Under the pieces are notes generated by a model. That model was not told the DNA's origin. It saw only the letters and a list, made by a program, of their open reading frames with translations, and made no database searches. Positions 39,439 through 53,456 of a stretch of DNA of 64,000 bases are shown piece by piece. Source of the DNA: Azolla caroliniana. Lineage: Eukaryota > Plantae > Polypodiophyta. The position numbers and the translations under genes were made by a program. The first letter of the stretch is position 1, and every line of letters begins with the position of its first letter. The stretch covers positions 18,538,001-18,602,000 of the forward strand of contig JBHGNT010000013.1 of the NCBI GenBank assembly GCA_043228905.1, in the 5' to 3' direction.

Positions 39439-39829
39439 TAATACATGTTTTGACACAATTATGCAAAAAAGCATTTCAAGGATTCCTCCAACAAAGGCTA
39501 ACTAGTCACCACGCACATCTTAGACCTAACTTCTATCCTTCTACAAGTATGACATAAGGGCTCAAAATTGAGCAAGTCAAATGGCCTTTTCACCTATTCG
39601 ATCGATGTGCATGAGGGGGGGGGATACATGAATGTCAAGAATAAAGAAAAAATATTGCTTGAAAACGGACGAAGCAAAAAGGATAACACACATGAAAAAG
39701 CTCAATGTGCAAGAAAGGTCGAGAACAAAGGTACTAGATCGATTGGAAATGGAAGGGACGGAAAGGAGAAGTAAAGCAAATGAGACGGCATATGTATATG
39801 CATGAATGATGGAGAGGTTAGAACTTAGG

Positions 39830-39942
39830 TAGGAATTGGCAACGGTTTGGTTTCGGCTTAACCCGTTTGGCCTTGTCCAAACCAAACCGGTTAAGCCTAA
39901 ACTGGTATGGGAGTTTCCAAACCTGAACCAAGCCGGTTCCTA
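39830..39942. mobile_element. Very small hAT-like MITE just upstream of SUVH4
   Basis: TIRs TAGGAATTGGC and GCCGGTTCCTA with internal AACCG motifs; same TIR family as 46170-46781. TSD is poor (AACTTAGG vs AATTGGGG). Confidence 0.6.
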
Positions 39943-40282
39943 AATTGGGGGGGGGGGCTAATTCTGTAATTTTGGAAAAAATGGGAGTTACGTTTACTTC
40001 CGGAAATAATTACTCTCTAAACTTTCCCGCCATTTCTCTGCGTGTGTAGAGAGAGAGAGAGAGAGAGAGTGACATTTTTTTTTCGCCTTCTTCTTCCGCC
40101 CTTCAAGCTTCACCATCTCCAGCCTTCCCTCACCGAAGAAGAAGAAGAAGAAGAAGAAGAAGACGAAGACTTGGAGGAGAAGACAATTCATTTGCCTGCT
40201 GCATTTCTTCGTCCCTTCAAGCTTCCATTGTTTCATTCTCTCTCTCTTTCTCTCTCTCTCTCTGTGCTCTGGTTTGGACAAA

Positions 40283-43200
40283 ATGCCGAGGAAACGAAAA
40301 GCTTCTGAAATGGCAATTGCATCTTCTCCTTCGGAACTCGTAGATGGAGAACAAGCTGCTGCGTCTACCATGCCCTCAGAAACGCAAAATGTACCCTCAG
40401 AATTAGCGAATCAAACTGAAGCAAAGACATCAGTATCTGTGGAAGCAGCAAATATAATTGAAGAGAAGGCATCAATGCCCGCAGAAACGAAAAATCTAGG
40501 CCGAGAAAAGGAAATTGCAATTGCACCCGTAGATACCCAGTATCTGCCCATTTCTCATTCCATGCCTCAACGTCGGAGTGCTAGGATCCAGAACATATCT
40601 TCAAAGCAAGAGTTAGCAATTCCAGAACAGCGTCACCACAGTGAAAAAATCACTGGCGATATGATGCTGTCCAAGCTACAGAAGGAAATTGGAAAAGAAG
40701 AAAGTATTGATCTTTGTAAGAAAGCCATGGAATGTGAACCAACAGAAGAAAAAGAAGATGATGAAGAAGAAGAAGAAGAAGAAGGTGTTTCAGTTGAGAT
40801 CAGGAAAGCAGAGAAGACGAAGAGAACTCTTTCAAAAATTAAAGAACTCGCAGCTTCACATGTTGTACTTTCTGACGATTTCTCTGTGGTTCACACAGAC
40901 GATCATGAAGCAGGAAAGAAAGTGAAGGATACTCTCAGGCTTTTCAACACATATTACCTTAGATTTGTTCAGGTTAGTGGCATTCGTTCCCCATAGAAAA
41001 AGTTTAATTTAAAATCGTAAGAAGCGTAGAATGAAACATATATTAACGACTGCTGATAAATGTTTTCATCAAAGGATAATATGGTAGTATTATGGCACAA
41101 TGAAATACATATTAACTAAACTATTGCTGACGAATGTTTTCATCAAAGGATAATATGGTAGTATTATGGTACAATGAAATACATGTTAACGATTGCTGAT
41201 AAATGTTTTCATCAAAGGATAATATGGTAGTATTATGGTACAATGAAATGCATATTAATGATTGTTGATAATTGTTTTTGTCAAAGGATAATATTATGCT
41301 GGAATATCATACCCGTAAAGCATTCTCATATGTGGGATTATATTATGACTCAATTGATGCTTGCGCTAATGAATACCTCTTGCTTTGTAAAGGTAATTGC
41401 TGTCATTCAACAACTTTTCTCTATGTATCTTTAGTTCTAACAAGAAGAGTCTTAAGCACTTCAGTGAACAACTAATGTGAGGGAAACAACTTCAGTGTAA
41501 GGGGATTATCTTCTTGATTTGTTGATCGAAAGGATGATGGGACCATGGTCCAAATACATGTGCTCTGCTGTGCTACAAAATGTTACTGTCTCCTATTTTG
41601 TGGCCCCTTTTGAATGTTGTGGGTGAAACCCAACATGTGTAGCCCTTGATTGACTTGTAGCATGCGAGTGATGGGGCTAAAGAAATTTGTTACAATCCTT
41701 TATTATGAGCATTTTGTTGTATTTTTGTCCTTGGACAATCCCTCTTTGTCACGTAATTTTTTGCAAGAACCATTCTAAGCATCATTGATATTCATATTTC
41801 ATTGCCTTGCAATGTCGGCCAAGACATAATGGTATCTCTCAGCTATTTTGTATAAAAGAATGCAATGCAAACGCCATGTCTCTCCCATTCCAGATCCTGA
41901 TGGCACAATTGGTAAAATCCATCCTTCTGTAGTTTTTCATTCATATGTGCCTGTATCAATTTAAATAATGTGAAGAGGTCCTTAGCTGCTCTATCACACT
42001 ATGGAGCACAAGATATAGATGTGTATCCATTTAAGAGGGCTTGATCATAAATCCAACTTGTGATATGTGTAGAAAGACGGTCTTATACTGGGCCATCTCC
42101 CCATCAAGAGTTCTTATGGGGTTGGTAGTTCTCCAATTTAATCATGAGCTCAATTCATTGTATATTCTTTTCTACTTGGGTCATGTCCAAAGTGTAGACA
42201 ATGCAAGCTATATTGGAACACAACTTGGATGGCAAAACCTGAATTCTTGCATCATGGTGGCATGTCATCCATTTTCACTCCATATGCATTAAATCATCCA
42301 TGATGTGGAAACCTAGTTGTTCTTCCTAATGACACAAGTGGCAAAATTTCCCTCTTGGAGTTAATCATGCTTATCTGCCTAGCTCAATCTCTAACTGATG
42401 TGATGAAGTTTGCAGTCGCTCTATCACATTGCACAATGCATAGGGTAGATGTATGTCCATATAAAATGGCCCGATGATGAATCCATCCTTTGATGTGTGT
42501 AAAAAGTGTCTTATACTGGGCTGTCTTCGTACCAAGTGATATTTTGGGACTGATCCATGGTATCTTGTTTTCCAAGTTAATAATATTGGCTCGGATCACT
42601 CTATTCTTTTCCACTTTGGTATGTGTAGATGGGGACAACCCAGTCTATATTGGAACAGGGCATTGCATTTATGTTATGACACATGACTCAAACCATTGTT
42701 GCATTTGAGCATACCAACACCAACAATAAAAGTCTCCATGTTCAGCAAGTTGTTTTGATGACATAAGGGCCCAGCTTGAGTGCCTTTCTTTAGGTAGCTC
42801 CCAAAGCCGTCGAACGCATGCCACTGTTTGGAATAATGCCTCAATGATTATAGGGGCTGCTCCCATCTCTGCCTGAATTATATCACGGGGCACCAATGCT
42901 TCACTTCTTATCATGCAGGCAATCATTGAGACTGAATGTCTCTCTAAATCTTTCTGGTTATTTGCCTTGTTAAAACTCGGTCCCCACATTTCTACTCCAT
43001 AGAGAAGAGTTAGTGTGACAAGTGTATCAAATAGCCATGATTTCGTTCGTGGCTCTTGGAACTGCAAATGTGCACAATGTCTTTCAAGAAGCACCATGGG
43101 CGGCATATCCATGAGAAAGTCAAGCACACAACTTCCCATAAGGAGAACATAATAGGTGTGTCTATGTGCCACCTTTTCCAATCCCAAGAAGACTTCTGGT

Positions 43201-46200
43201 TCTGATCCTGTTACACATGCTTGAATGGTGTTAAAAACCATCACTAATGTTTTATTCATGTTTATTGACAAACCTTTGACTGTACAAAATAATTTTAAGG
43301 CATTTAGATGTCTTTGTAGTCCCTCTGGAGAGTCAGAGATCAGCACAATATCATCAGCATATAGTAATATTTGTATGCCTATACCCATTAGACATGCTTT
43401 GAAACCCCCAAATTACATTTGTAGTGTGATACCTCATCTATATAGCGACCGAAGTAAGTGGGTGATAGTGGGCGTCCTTGTTCTACTCAAAAATAAATAA
43501 AAATAAAGATATATTGAATCTTTTAAGAGGCCAAAATGGCCTATAAGACCACAAGGATACAAAGAGAGATGATCCACAACAGGAAGAGGAAGTACGTTGT
43601 CGGAAAGAAGATGCCAAGGAGAACACCGCTGTCAAGAAAAAGAGTAAAAAGAAAGAAGAGAGTGACGAGCCTAGGAAATCAAGGAGACCAGATCTGAAAG
43701 CTATATCACAGGTTCATCTATAGAACTAGAGTTTATGTTTCGGTTTACATTTTTATAAAGTTGAAGTTGTCTTTTGCTGAGTTCTTATTTGTCGTAAGTA
43801 GATGAAAGCTGATGGGAAGTTGCTTTGTAACTTGAAAACCCTAGGGCATGTTCCAGGTGAGATTCTATATTAACTGAATGCTTAAATTTAAGATAAATAG
43901 CATGCTTGTTATTTTATATGCCATGGCGTAAAGCAACCTCTACTTTGTAGGTATTCATGTTGGAGATCATTTCTTTTCAAGATGTGAAATGATAGCCGTT
44001 GGACTCCATTATCATTGGCTTGCTGGGATTGATTTTATAGGGGCTGCGTATAAAAAGAAAATGGTAAGTTAATGAATCCGTTTTTATGTCATTTCTTTTT
44101 GTCTCTATGTTGTCAATCCTTGAAAGAAACTTTGTTACAGATGAAATGGAAACTTCCTGTTGCAAGTTCTATTATTCTCTCTGGCTTGTATGAGGATGAT
44201 ATAGATAATGCAAATGAGGTTGTTTATACGGGTCAAGGAGGCCAGGATCTCTTAGGAAGCAAACGACAAATTGCCGACCAAATCATGGATAAGGGAAATT
44301 TAGCTTTGAAGGTAAGAAAATGCTAATGGTGAATGAAACGTTCCTTTGTAGGAGACAAGCCTGGTAATTGCAATGATCTAGTTTTTTCCACTAAAATATG
44401 ACGGGTTGATATAATAATGAACTCTTCGTCACACTTGCCGCTTGTGTCTTGAAACTTGCAACACTATACCACTATGTTTATCAATTTGAATTTCAGAATT
44501 TTGATAAGTTGACCCTGCTAATTATATAAGTAATACTTAACCAGAAGTCTACTAACGCAATGCATTTATCCTGTTTAGAATACATTAAGCTCTGTGATTG
44601 ATTAATTTCATCTTTCACAGAATAACATGGAACAAGATCTTCCTGTCAGATTAATTAGAGGTCATAAGACGAAGAAGAGTTATACGGGAAAAGTCTATAC
44701 GTATGATGGGCTATACAAGGTATGCCTATCTTCTTTTTATTGGTTTATTTGATTATATAAGGTATTTCTCACTTTTTATGGTTATAAGAAGAATTTTAGC
44801 ATTATTTTATGCAAACAATTTCCCAATGTTAGTGTTTTATCATTGACAGTTCCAATTATTTTTATAAACGTTCACTTTTTGAAGGGCAATGCTAATTTTT
44901 TCATTGTCTTCTAGAAAACAATCTCAGTATCAACATTGGAAATGCATATTTTTGGTGCAAATTAATAGTTTGCCTGACCTCAAACTAAAATTAGGATAGT
45001 TTTTTATTATCATTGTCAGTTTCAGTATTTATCATTAGCATCATCTGTTTTGCTTGAAAAGATATCAGTATCAACAAGGTAAATCCATCTTTTAGGAGCA
45101 AATTAATATCGTGCAAATCTTAAACTCAAGTTCACAGAAGTTTCTATAATGACTGCAATATCAAACCCACTGTTTTGAGATGTAAACCCACTACTTCAAT
45201 GCTGCAAGGCACAAGCTTTATCACTGCTCCATCATTTTTTTGTATATATTTCAATTTATAAGCAATAATTTTGATGGCATCTAATGTCCCTTATATGATG
45301 CACGGCAATGCTCTCACATTTTTCGTATGACAAATTGTCTTGTTTCTTTATGATAATCGCAGTTGTGTTTTCAAGAAATAATCATACATGCTACACTTGG
45401 AATATAACAAACAATGGGGTTTTGAAGGGCGAATAATGCAGTAAAGGTTTCTGTTATCTGCTATCTGTTAAGGATGTAAAAGGTTTCACAAAACATTATG
45501 GGAGATCTGGCTTAAGGAATAGGCATTGTAAGAAAGGCAAAGGAATATCCAGTTAAGGAGTGCTTAACTCTCTCCTGAATATGAAACCCTTGGAACCTTT
45601 GAGGGACAAGGTGCTTCTACACAGATCCGAGAAACCCTGAACAGAATTTTGTTTGTTTGATACACTTGTAGCCTCGTCTCTTCTACCATATGGATACACT
45701 TGAGGAGCAAAGCTTCTGTGCTCCATTTTATATTCTGGGCTGGACTAGAAGCAGCCCCAATAATGATTGGGGCGATATTCTGATCAGTGACGTCTACCAT
45801 TTGGATTTGGGAACTCTCAAAGCAAAGATTGCAATATTGGCGCTTGTGTCATCAAAATGACCAACATAACTCGGAAGTAATCATTGTTGGTATACTGAAA
45901 TTTGGAAGTTTCATTTCGATCACATGGCATAAATATAAATGGACTACCCCCATTCCAATACACTTTGGATTGTCCACTCTTATATGGATACATATCTGTT
46001 TCACCTGCTCTACAGTGTTATAGGACAATTCGGGAGCTGGCCACATTAGTTAGAGATTGAGAATGACACATTCATGCAAAACTATGGACGAACAGATTTA
46101 CCAATCATGCCATTGGGATGTGGAATCAGAGGAATAATATATTTGCTATTGGGACGATGACATTGTCTCTAGGAGTTGGCAATGGTTTTTAAACAGTTCC

Positions 46201-49200
46201 GTGGTTAGGTTTGGGCTTGAGCTTGCTTAATCAGTTTGAATGCTTGGTCGGTTTGGCTTGAGGCATGCTTAACCAGCTCAAACCAGTCAAGCCATTTATA
46301 TACTATTCAATAGCACGCGCCTGAGAGAGAGAGAGACTAAATGGATGTAGCTCAGTTGGTAAGTTTGCCCAATGGAGACCAGGAGGTAATGAATCAACCC
46401 CCTACATTCCAGTGGCATCTAGTAAATTAAGAGATATGTCTGGAGTAATAGAGAAGTGAGAAATTGGGCGTCGAACCCAAGACATAAGTGCTAATAGTGT
46501 AACAACTTACCACTAGGGTAAGCTAATTACGAGGGAGAGAAAGAGAGAGGTTGTCCATTGGAGACCAGAGGTCATGGGTTCGACCCCCTATATTCCACCA
46601 GCTAAGTACAATAAGAGGAAAATAAATAATAAAGATAATCACCACTAGGGTAAGCTAATCACAATAAGAAAGAAATAAAGATAATGACATTTTTTGACAG
46701 AGAGAAAAGAGAGAAAAATAAAGATGTCACATCACTAGTCTTAAGCTGGTTAAGCTGAAACTGAACCATTGCTGATTCCTAATTGTCTCTTTGAAATAAA
46801 GCTTTGATGCACTCCAGAAGGTTATGGAATACAAATACTATCTATGCTTGGGACTATCCTTAATTGAAATTAAGAGTCATACAGGGACCTCATTAGTAAT
46901 GAACCATCACACCCTTCTTCAACACTATCATACCTCCTTGTCATGCTACAAGTTAATTAACGGTTACACATGTAGGCTCTTGACCATACCATTTGAAAGG
47001 GGTCACGTCATATCAAGTAATAACAATATTTCATGCACATAGAGAACCTTGGCCCTACCACCCTTGGAATGTATTTACAGCAATCCTTTGAGTAATGAAG
47101 AAGATCATTTCATTGTTTTGTGGATTAATAACTGCATCAATCTGAAGTAGCAAGAGCCACATGTGTAAGGATCTTTTGTAATATCTTTCAAAAAGAGACT
47201 TAAGTTTGAACTTTAAACCATCTCCCACTAAATGACTGTGAGGAGTAGGTCATGGTGCCAGCTAACTTATTGCTACTTGGAAGTGAGAGATCTATCATAT
47301 AGTCCATATAGCATCAAGACTCAATAGGCAAATTTCTCTCCATAAGAACTTTCACACAAGGATGCAGAAAATTCCATAAACCTTGCTTGAGGGATTCTCT
47401 GACCTCAGGCCACGTCACACCCAACTACATTTGGGATAATGACAAACGCAGTACTTGATTCACAAGCTGAGTATGACAAGTGTGCATAAGCTTGGCAGTG
47501 AAGTCCAAACGCACACACATGTCAGTCTAGATGATTTTGTGGCAAGCCTTGTCCTGTCTTGTTCACAACCCTAATATTCGTCTAGTCTTCTCAATCGATC
47601 TTTAATTGCGTGAATGGTAGGTATGCTGATATTGATGCGATGCATTTGATTGGGTATTTATCAGAACAAACACTTTTGTCAGCTTCTCCCTTTGGACGAG
47701 GGACCTACCTACCACATTTTCTGGTCTAATTATTCTTCATGCTCATGGGCAATACCTAGGAATTCTAACATTAACATGCTTTTACCCCATGTTGATAACG
47801 AATAACGTAATAAGAGGATGTTCATTTTTGTAGGAGTAAATGATGTTTGGAAAATCAACTTTTTATAATAAGGTGTAATGGTAAATCATGCTGCTAGTTT
47901 TTATTCAATTTTCTTATGAATGACAATCATCTTGTTGAACTGTTCTGAAATCTGTTTGCGGGATCGAAGTGCCAGGTTTTATTACATGTCTCAGTTAAAT
48001 GAAACTCAATACTGACGTAATATTCCAGGTTAAGAAGTTTTGGGCTGAAAAGGGCATATCAGGATTTACAGTGTTCAAATTTAGTCTACATCGGATGGAA
48101 GGGCAGCCTATGCTCACAACAGAGCAAGTTAGTACACTCTGCAGCCATCACAGACCTCACTGTATTTATGCAGTGTTTATATTCTATAAAAGTTACATTT
48201 CTTTTTGTTATGCAGGTTCACTTTATTTCTGGTCAAGTTCCATCAAACCCTTCTGAATTAAAAGGGTACGAATGCATAGCCACTTTAGCTGATTCTGTTG
48301 ATGTATTTTGTTTGACTAGCTAATAACCATTCCTTGCTCTAATTGATCCAGTTTTTTGTGTACGTGATTTCATTTGTATGTTACAACTGAAATTGCTGTC
48401 TCATCTATGAGAAAAATGGAAGATATTGTACACGAAAGTGCTTAAAATAAAAGCCCTTAAAGTGAGTTGCTCTATGATACTGAAACTTGCATCTTGTAAA
48501 GAAATAGATCATGGTCCGGTCCAGGATGGAGAAATAATGAAAGTGAAGGAAGTTCCTCTATATGCGATGATGCTGAAATATTGTTACTTAGGTCATCATA
48601 TTTATCCTCTTTAAATCAAGCCACTAGTTGTAACCGTTGTTTCCTGGATAGAAATGATCCCTTAATTTGGAGGTTGATATTAAGTTTAAAGACACATTCT
48701 AACTCAAAGTTTGAATGTACTGCCCTTTTTATTTTTAATGTGTTTTCCTTGAGTTGCAGGCTTGTATGTGCTGATATAAGCAATGGTTTAGAGGAGATTC
48801 CAGTGCCAGCTTCTAATGTTGTTGATCCTATACCTTCTAGACCTGGTAAAGTTCACTTTTCCATGTTGTGTTCTTTAATGAAATGTTATATAAAGCATGT
48901 GGAAGATACAGGCTAGCAATGAGTGCCATTTTTTGTTTTCTCTTTGGAGATGAACATCCTATGCTGGAACAAAATGATGGAGAGAAATTATTTTTTATTG
49001 TTTGAATCCTCCTTTTTTATTACATGCTCTGAATATTTATGCAATGGAGACTTCTGTTTTTCAGAGTTAAGATACTTAGCTGTAAATGAAGTATCAAAGG
49101 AGGTACCAGCACCAGTCCCTTCAAAAGGATGCAGCTGCAAGGGAGAGTGCTATGATGTAACAAAGTGTTCTTGTGCCAAACTGAATGGGAAAAAGTTCCC

Positions 49201-50931
49201 ATATGTCTCACGGAATGGTGGAAGGTATGCCTATAGTGAAGCATCACTCGTAACTGTATGTTTTAATTGTAAATCATAATGAAATATTTATCTTCAATTT
49301 ATAAGATCATATGCTTCCGATTCATTATATACGTGCAATGTATATAATAATAATAGTATTTCTTTACCTCTATATGGTCTAATAGGACACACTGGCAAGA
49401 AAATATCCCCGAGAATATGTGTAACAATGTTAAGACCCTTTCTTGGATCACTATCCGCTATCTCAATCAACATCTGATAGAGTTATGGTCATGTAAATAC
49501 TTTTTGTTATCCTACCATTGCCTGCTAGGTCAGCCTATTAAGATCACCCAAACTTTGAAACACAGACTTGTGGAGCCTATGGATGTCGTCTATGAATGTG
49601 GTCCACATTGTGGATGTGGACCTACTTGCTCGAATCGGGTTACTCAACGTGGCATGTATTATCGCCTTGAGGTAAGACAACCCATGCTGTTCTATACAGT
49701 TTTCTTCTACCATTCATGCACTGCTAGTTTGCATGTTTAATGATCACATATATATTATGTACACATATTCAAACATGATCTCTATTAGATTTTCAAAACT
49801 GCAAATAAAGGCTGGGCTGTAAGGTCTTGGGATACCATCCCAGCAGGTGCACCAGTATGTGAATATACTGGTGTGCTGATGAGAACTGCTGATGCTGACA
49901 ATATTGGTGACAATGAATACCTTTTTGAGCTGGATTGTCTACAAACAATTAAAGGTGTTGGTGGGAGGCAGGTACATGATTTCAAAATATTGAAATTTTT
50001 TTACTATTCGTTTGACTCTTTATATATTTTACCACAATGAATTGTTTTTTTTACATTGGATTTTCTTCATCAGAGGAGAGATTTGTCAAAGAGTAACGAG
50101 GGTGATGCCTTGAATGACGAGTATAGGGATGTCCCTGAGCAGCCTGAATATTGCATTGATGCTGGTTCATGTGGTAGTGTAGCCCGGTACATCAACCATA
50201 GTTGTGAACCTAACTTATTTGTGCAATGTGTGTTGAATGATCATCATGATCTAAGCAGACCTCATATATGGTTCTGTGCTGCAGATACAATACATCCATT
50301 AGAGGTATGCCTTTTGCTTATAATTGTATTCATGATTGATCTCAAGGTGACAATGAAATAGATTTATAGTTCATGCATTTTTATTTTGTGCAAATGAAAT
50401 GGCTTCAAATAGCAACTCCATGGTTTATGCCAACAGAATGCTTAATATTTCAGATATTGTTTTCATGCACAAAGCACCTGGATGGTTTAATTTTACTTCA
50501 TTCAAAATGTTTTCCCTTGGATCATGATTATGTCCTCTATGATGCAAATGTGTGTACATGGTGTACTTACAGAGTGGCATGATATGCCTAATGCTAATAT
50601 GAAGTTCCAGGAATGAATCAAAGATCATGCATGAATATGTTTTCTTCTTTACCTGTAGTGTCTGGAGTTCTTGGAGACTTTTTCTCATTTATAGCATGTA
50701 TTCTGTTTTTTCCTGTTAGAGAATTATTTGACGATACTGATTTGAGTTTTGGTTTTTTTTGAATATGCGATTATTACAAAATCATTATACTAGTTGCTCT
50801 TCATTTTGTTTTTTTGCCAGGAGTTGAGTTATGATTACGGATATGAACTTGATAGTGTTGTTAAGGATGGAAAAGTCAAGGTTTTGCCTTGCTATTGTGG
50901 TGCTCCTGCATGCAGAAAGAGGCTACATTAA
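40283..50931 (+). CDS. SUVH4: SUVH4/KRYPTONITE-like histone H3K9 methyltransferase (SRA-YDG, pre-SET, SET, post-SET), multi-exon
   Basis: Exon 1 40283-40972 ends VKDTLRLFNTYYLRFVQ. Then RRPDLKAIS, HVPGIHVGDHFFSRCEMIAVGLHYHWLAGID, SGLYEDDIDN…YTGQGG, PVRLIRGH…YTYDGLYK, pre-SET CSCKGEC…VYECGPHCGCGPTCSNRVTQRG, SET KGWAVRSWDTIPAGAPVCEYTG…ARYINHSCEPN, and ELSYDYGY…CYCGAPACRKRLH*. Confidence 0.95.
41031..41300. repeat. ~69-73-bp minisatellite, about 4 copies, at the start of SUVH4 intron 1
   Basis: ATGAAA(TA)CATATTAAC…TGCTGATAAATGTTTTCATCAAAGGATAATATGGTAGTATTATGG.ACA repeated at ~41031, 41100, 41173 and 41243. Confidence 0.9.
41520..43550 (-). mobile_element. Stacked fragments of the RTE-X-like LINE in SUVH4 intron 1
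   Basis: ORF 42669-43388 ([30 protein letters not shown]) and ORF 42384-42638 match the 11.5-13.1 kb element. Older copy at 41520-42340. 3'-end hairpin copy at 43492-43550. Confidence 0.9.
45700..45985 (+). mobile_element. Degenerate fragment of the same LINE family, plus orientation
   Basis: GAGCAAAGCTTCTGTGC…GCAGCCCCAATAATG…TTCTGATCAGTGACG…TGGGAACTCTC corresponds to RSKASVP…AAPII…LWELPK of ORF2. Confidence 0.7.
46170..46781. mobile_element. hAT-type MITE in a SUVH4 intron, carrying tRNA-derived cargo
   Basis: TIRs TAGGAGTTGGCAATGGTT and AACCATTGCTGATTCCTA. Perfect 8-bp TSD ATTGTCTC (46162-69 and 46782-89). Confidence 0.9.
46339..46665 (+). mobile_element. tRNA-derived double-headed element: one full copy plus an internally deleted partial copy
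   Basis: GGATGTAGCTCAGTTGGTAAG A box…CCCCTACATTCCAGTGGCATCTAG…TCGAACCC…CTTACCACTAGGGTAAG, flanked by GA tracts. Partial copy 46549-46665 has GGTTCGACCCC. Confidence 0.8.
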
Positions 50932-53456
50932 TTCGAACTTGGCATTTTGTTCACATTTGAAACACTTTAGAAGTCTCTGCATGGCCTCTTCATGAATAAT
51001 GGAATTCAAGGGTAAATCTATTTTCCCTCTCATTTTTTCTATTATTATATATTTGTTCGAGGGCATGATGGTTGTTCTGACCGAAGTTCAATAAAAAAAC
51101 TTCAATCTTCACAATCATGCCACTCAAGAAGGTTCTCCGATCTGCGGGTTAGTTGAGAACAACACTTGTATCATTTCTATTTAATACAAAGATCAATGTC
51201 TTGGTCTTGTAATTTATGCATTATTGGTGGTTAATTGGGACTAATTGCTGTAATTGCACAAGTTTATTATATATCTATGAAGGATGTTCTTATCTAGCTC
51301 ACTGGACTGTTGTCTGAGAAATAGAATGGCTTGTAGCTAATTATTTATCTTAATCCTGGGCATTCTGAAAGACCTAGGGCTTGAATGTTTTGTGGATATT
51401 TGGTTGACTTCCTGAACATTATGTGTTGTGTTTGCAAAGGTTGATGAGGGCTTCAATCGTCATCAACCTTCTCTGACCTCATATGCAGACAGGGTGCATC
51501 GTCTATGGCCACAAATATGTTCTAACCTGATTGATTGCTACTGATAAATCTATCTCCCACACAACAATGGTAATAGTAATGGTTTGTGTGTGTGTCGTGT
51601 GTCTATATCTATATCTGACAGGCCACATTTGGACAGTATTTCAAGTAATTCCAACGAAAGGCCACTTTTCTAAGGTAACCTAGTTCAAATTCACGAATTC
51701 ACACTTGCACCTTTATAGAGAGCATTACTCCATCAATGTCTCAAAACACCATTATATGGCCTGACGCAATATGCAACATCACCTTGAATTGATCTTACAA
51801 TAGTGACAAATCAATAAAGTTCTTCAAAGCTAATGCAATTTGGAAATCTGCTAGTGCTTTCTCGAAATTTTGTTTTAGAGCATAAAACCTTTAACAATGA
51901 ATATAACCAACTCAATTTTATATCAAAATGTTCTTCTATCAGTAAAAAGAAGAGATATAGATCTTCCCCTTACTGATTCTACTATTGACTACTCTTGCAT
52001 TGCTAGAGACCTAGACTGAATAAAGAGTATCTAAGGTTTTTTATATGATATTGACTTTCATTATAAGATTGTTTCATTGTTCTATTCAATGATGTCTCCC
52101 AAAATTGGAACTGTTTAATAGATGTTGATAAGTTTCAAGCCACAATTGACATAATCCCAGTCCATTGAATTGCTTCTTGTGAGTGATTTTTTCAATATCT
52201 ATAGGGTGTCATATTTTTCCTACCAAGAAGGGCAATTCAACATTAAAACTATGTTGACATAATTTAAAAGATGAGCAAACTAGAGATATACTTAAAAGAC
52301 ATTCTTTTACACCTCTTTGCTTCCATAAATATTTTAATTCATATAATCATGCATGGAAGCTAGGGAGGAATCTTCATGTAAAATCATAGCAACACTGTGA
52401 ACTCATTGGGGTGATCACTGCTATAAAATTCCCATCCATGGCCATAAACAGATACTATATAATCAGTAACCGAACTCTGCCAAGCCATTGATAAACTCAT
52501 CACAATCAAACTAAGCCTCTCCATCATCAGGCTGAATATATAATGATCTCATTTGAGAATCAATAACAACATACAGTTGGCAGAATCACTTTGTCAATTT
52601 AAGTGTTCATAATTACTTGCACCATAAATGCAAACTCTAGATGCCTCTGGCTACTTTAGTTCTTGACATAAACTTATTACTATCATACGTCTCAGCAATA
52701 TTTTTATTTTCAGTGCTCTCATATTTACATTTCTCTAAAATTCCACCAAGCTCAAGCAAGTATTCATAACTATTCTCTTCATGAATTGTCATCACTATTA
52801 CTTGCATAGGTGATGTCTTGGAAGTAATTTTCAACTTCATCATTAACATGTATGCTTTGGAAGAATCATTCTTATGATCTTCAGCATACTAGTTCATGAC
52901 CTGCTACCTTGTATCTGCAACATGCTTGTTGCTGCCTTTGTTTCAAAACAACTTGAAAATACAAGTCTTATTGTTTTGTCAATCAGCTATCTTGTCTCTG
53001 CAAATCATTCAGGAGGGAAACACAAAGTCCTCCTTTGATACATTAATATTTTTGCACTCTCTTTCTATTTCCATCGATGAGTATCGTCACCTTCTTTATA
53101 ATTTGGAGTGAATGTCAGATATAGATGGTTCATGAAGAAATAACACCAATCAACAGATATAGACTGTCTTCTCTTTAAACTAGGAATACATCAGTTTGAA
53201 ACATCACTAATATCATCACTGATTGATGCAGTCGTCTTTAGTTTCATTGATTTGCTTCAGGTAATTCAAGGAACGGTGGTTCTCTAAATACCTTGGATGT
53301 TATAAATGATGTGTCTCACTGGGTGTTCTGATATGAGAGACAGTAGAACCAAATAATAGCTGCTACCACAAAGTAGGATGAAACAAAAATAACAATGGAA
53401 AACCACAACCAAGGTCTAGAGTTTCGATTTCTGAGAAAAATGATCCGGCCCCATTT

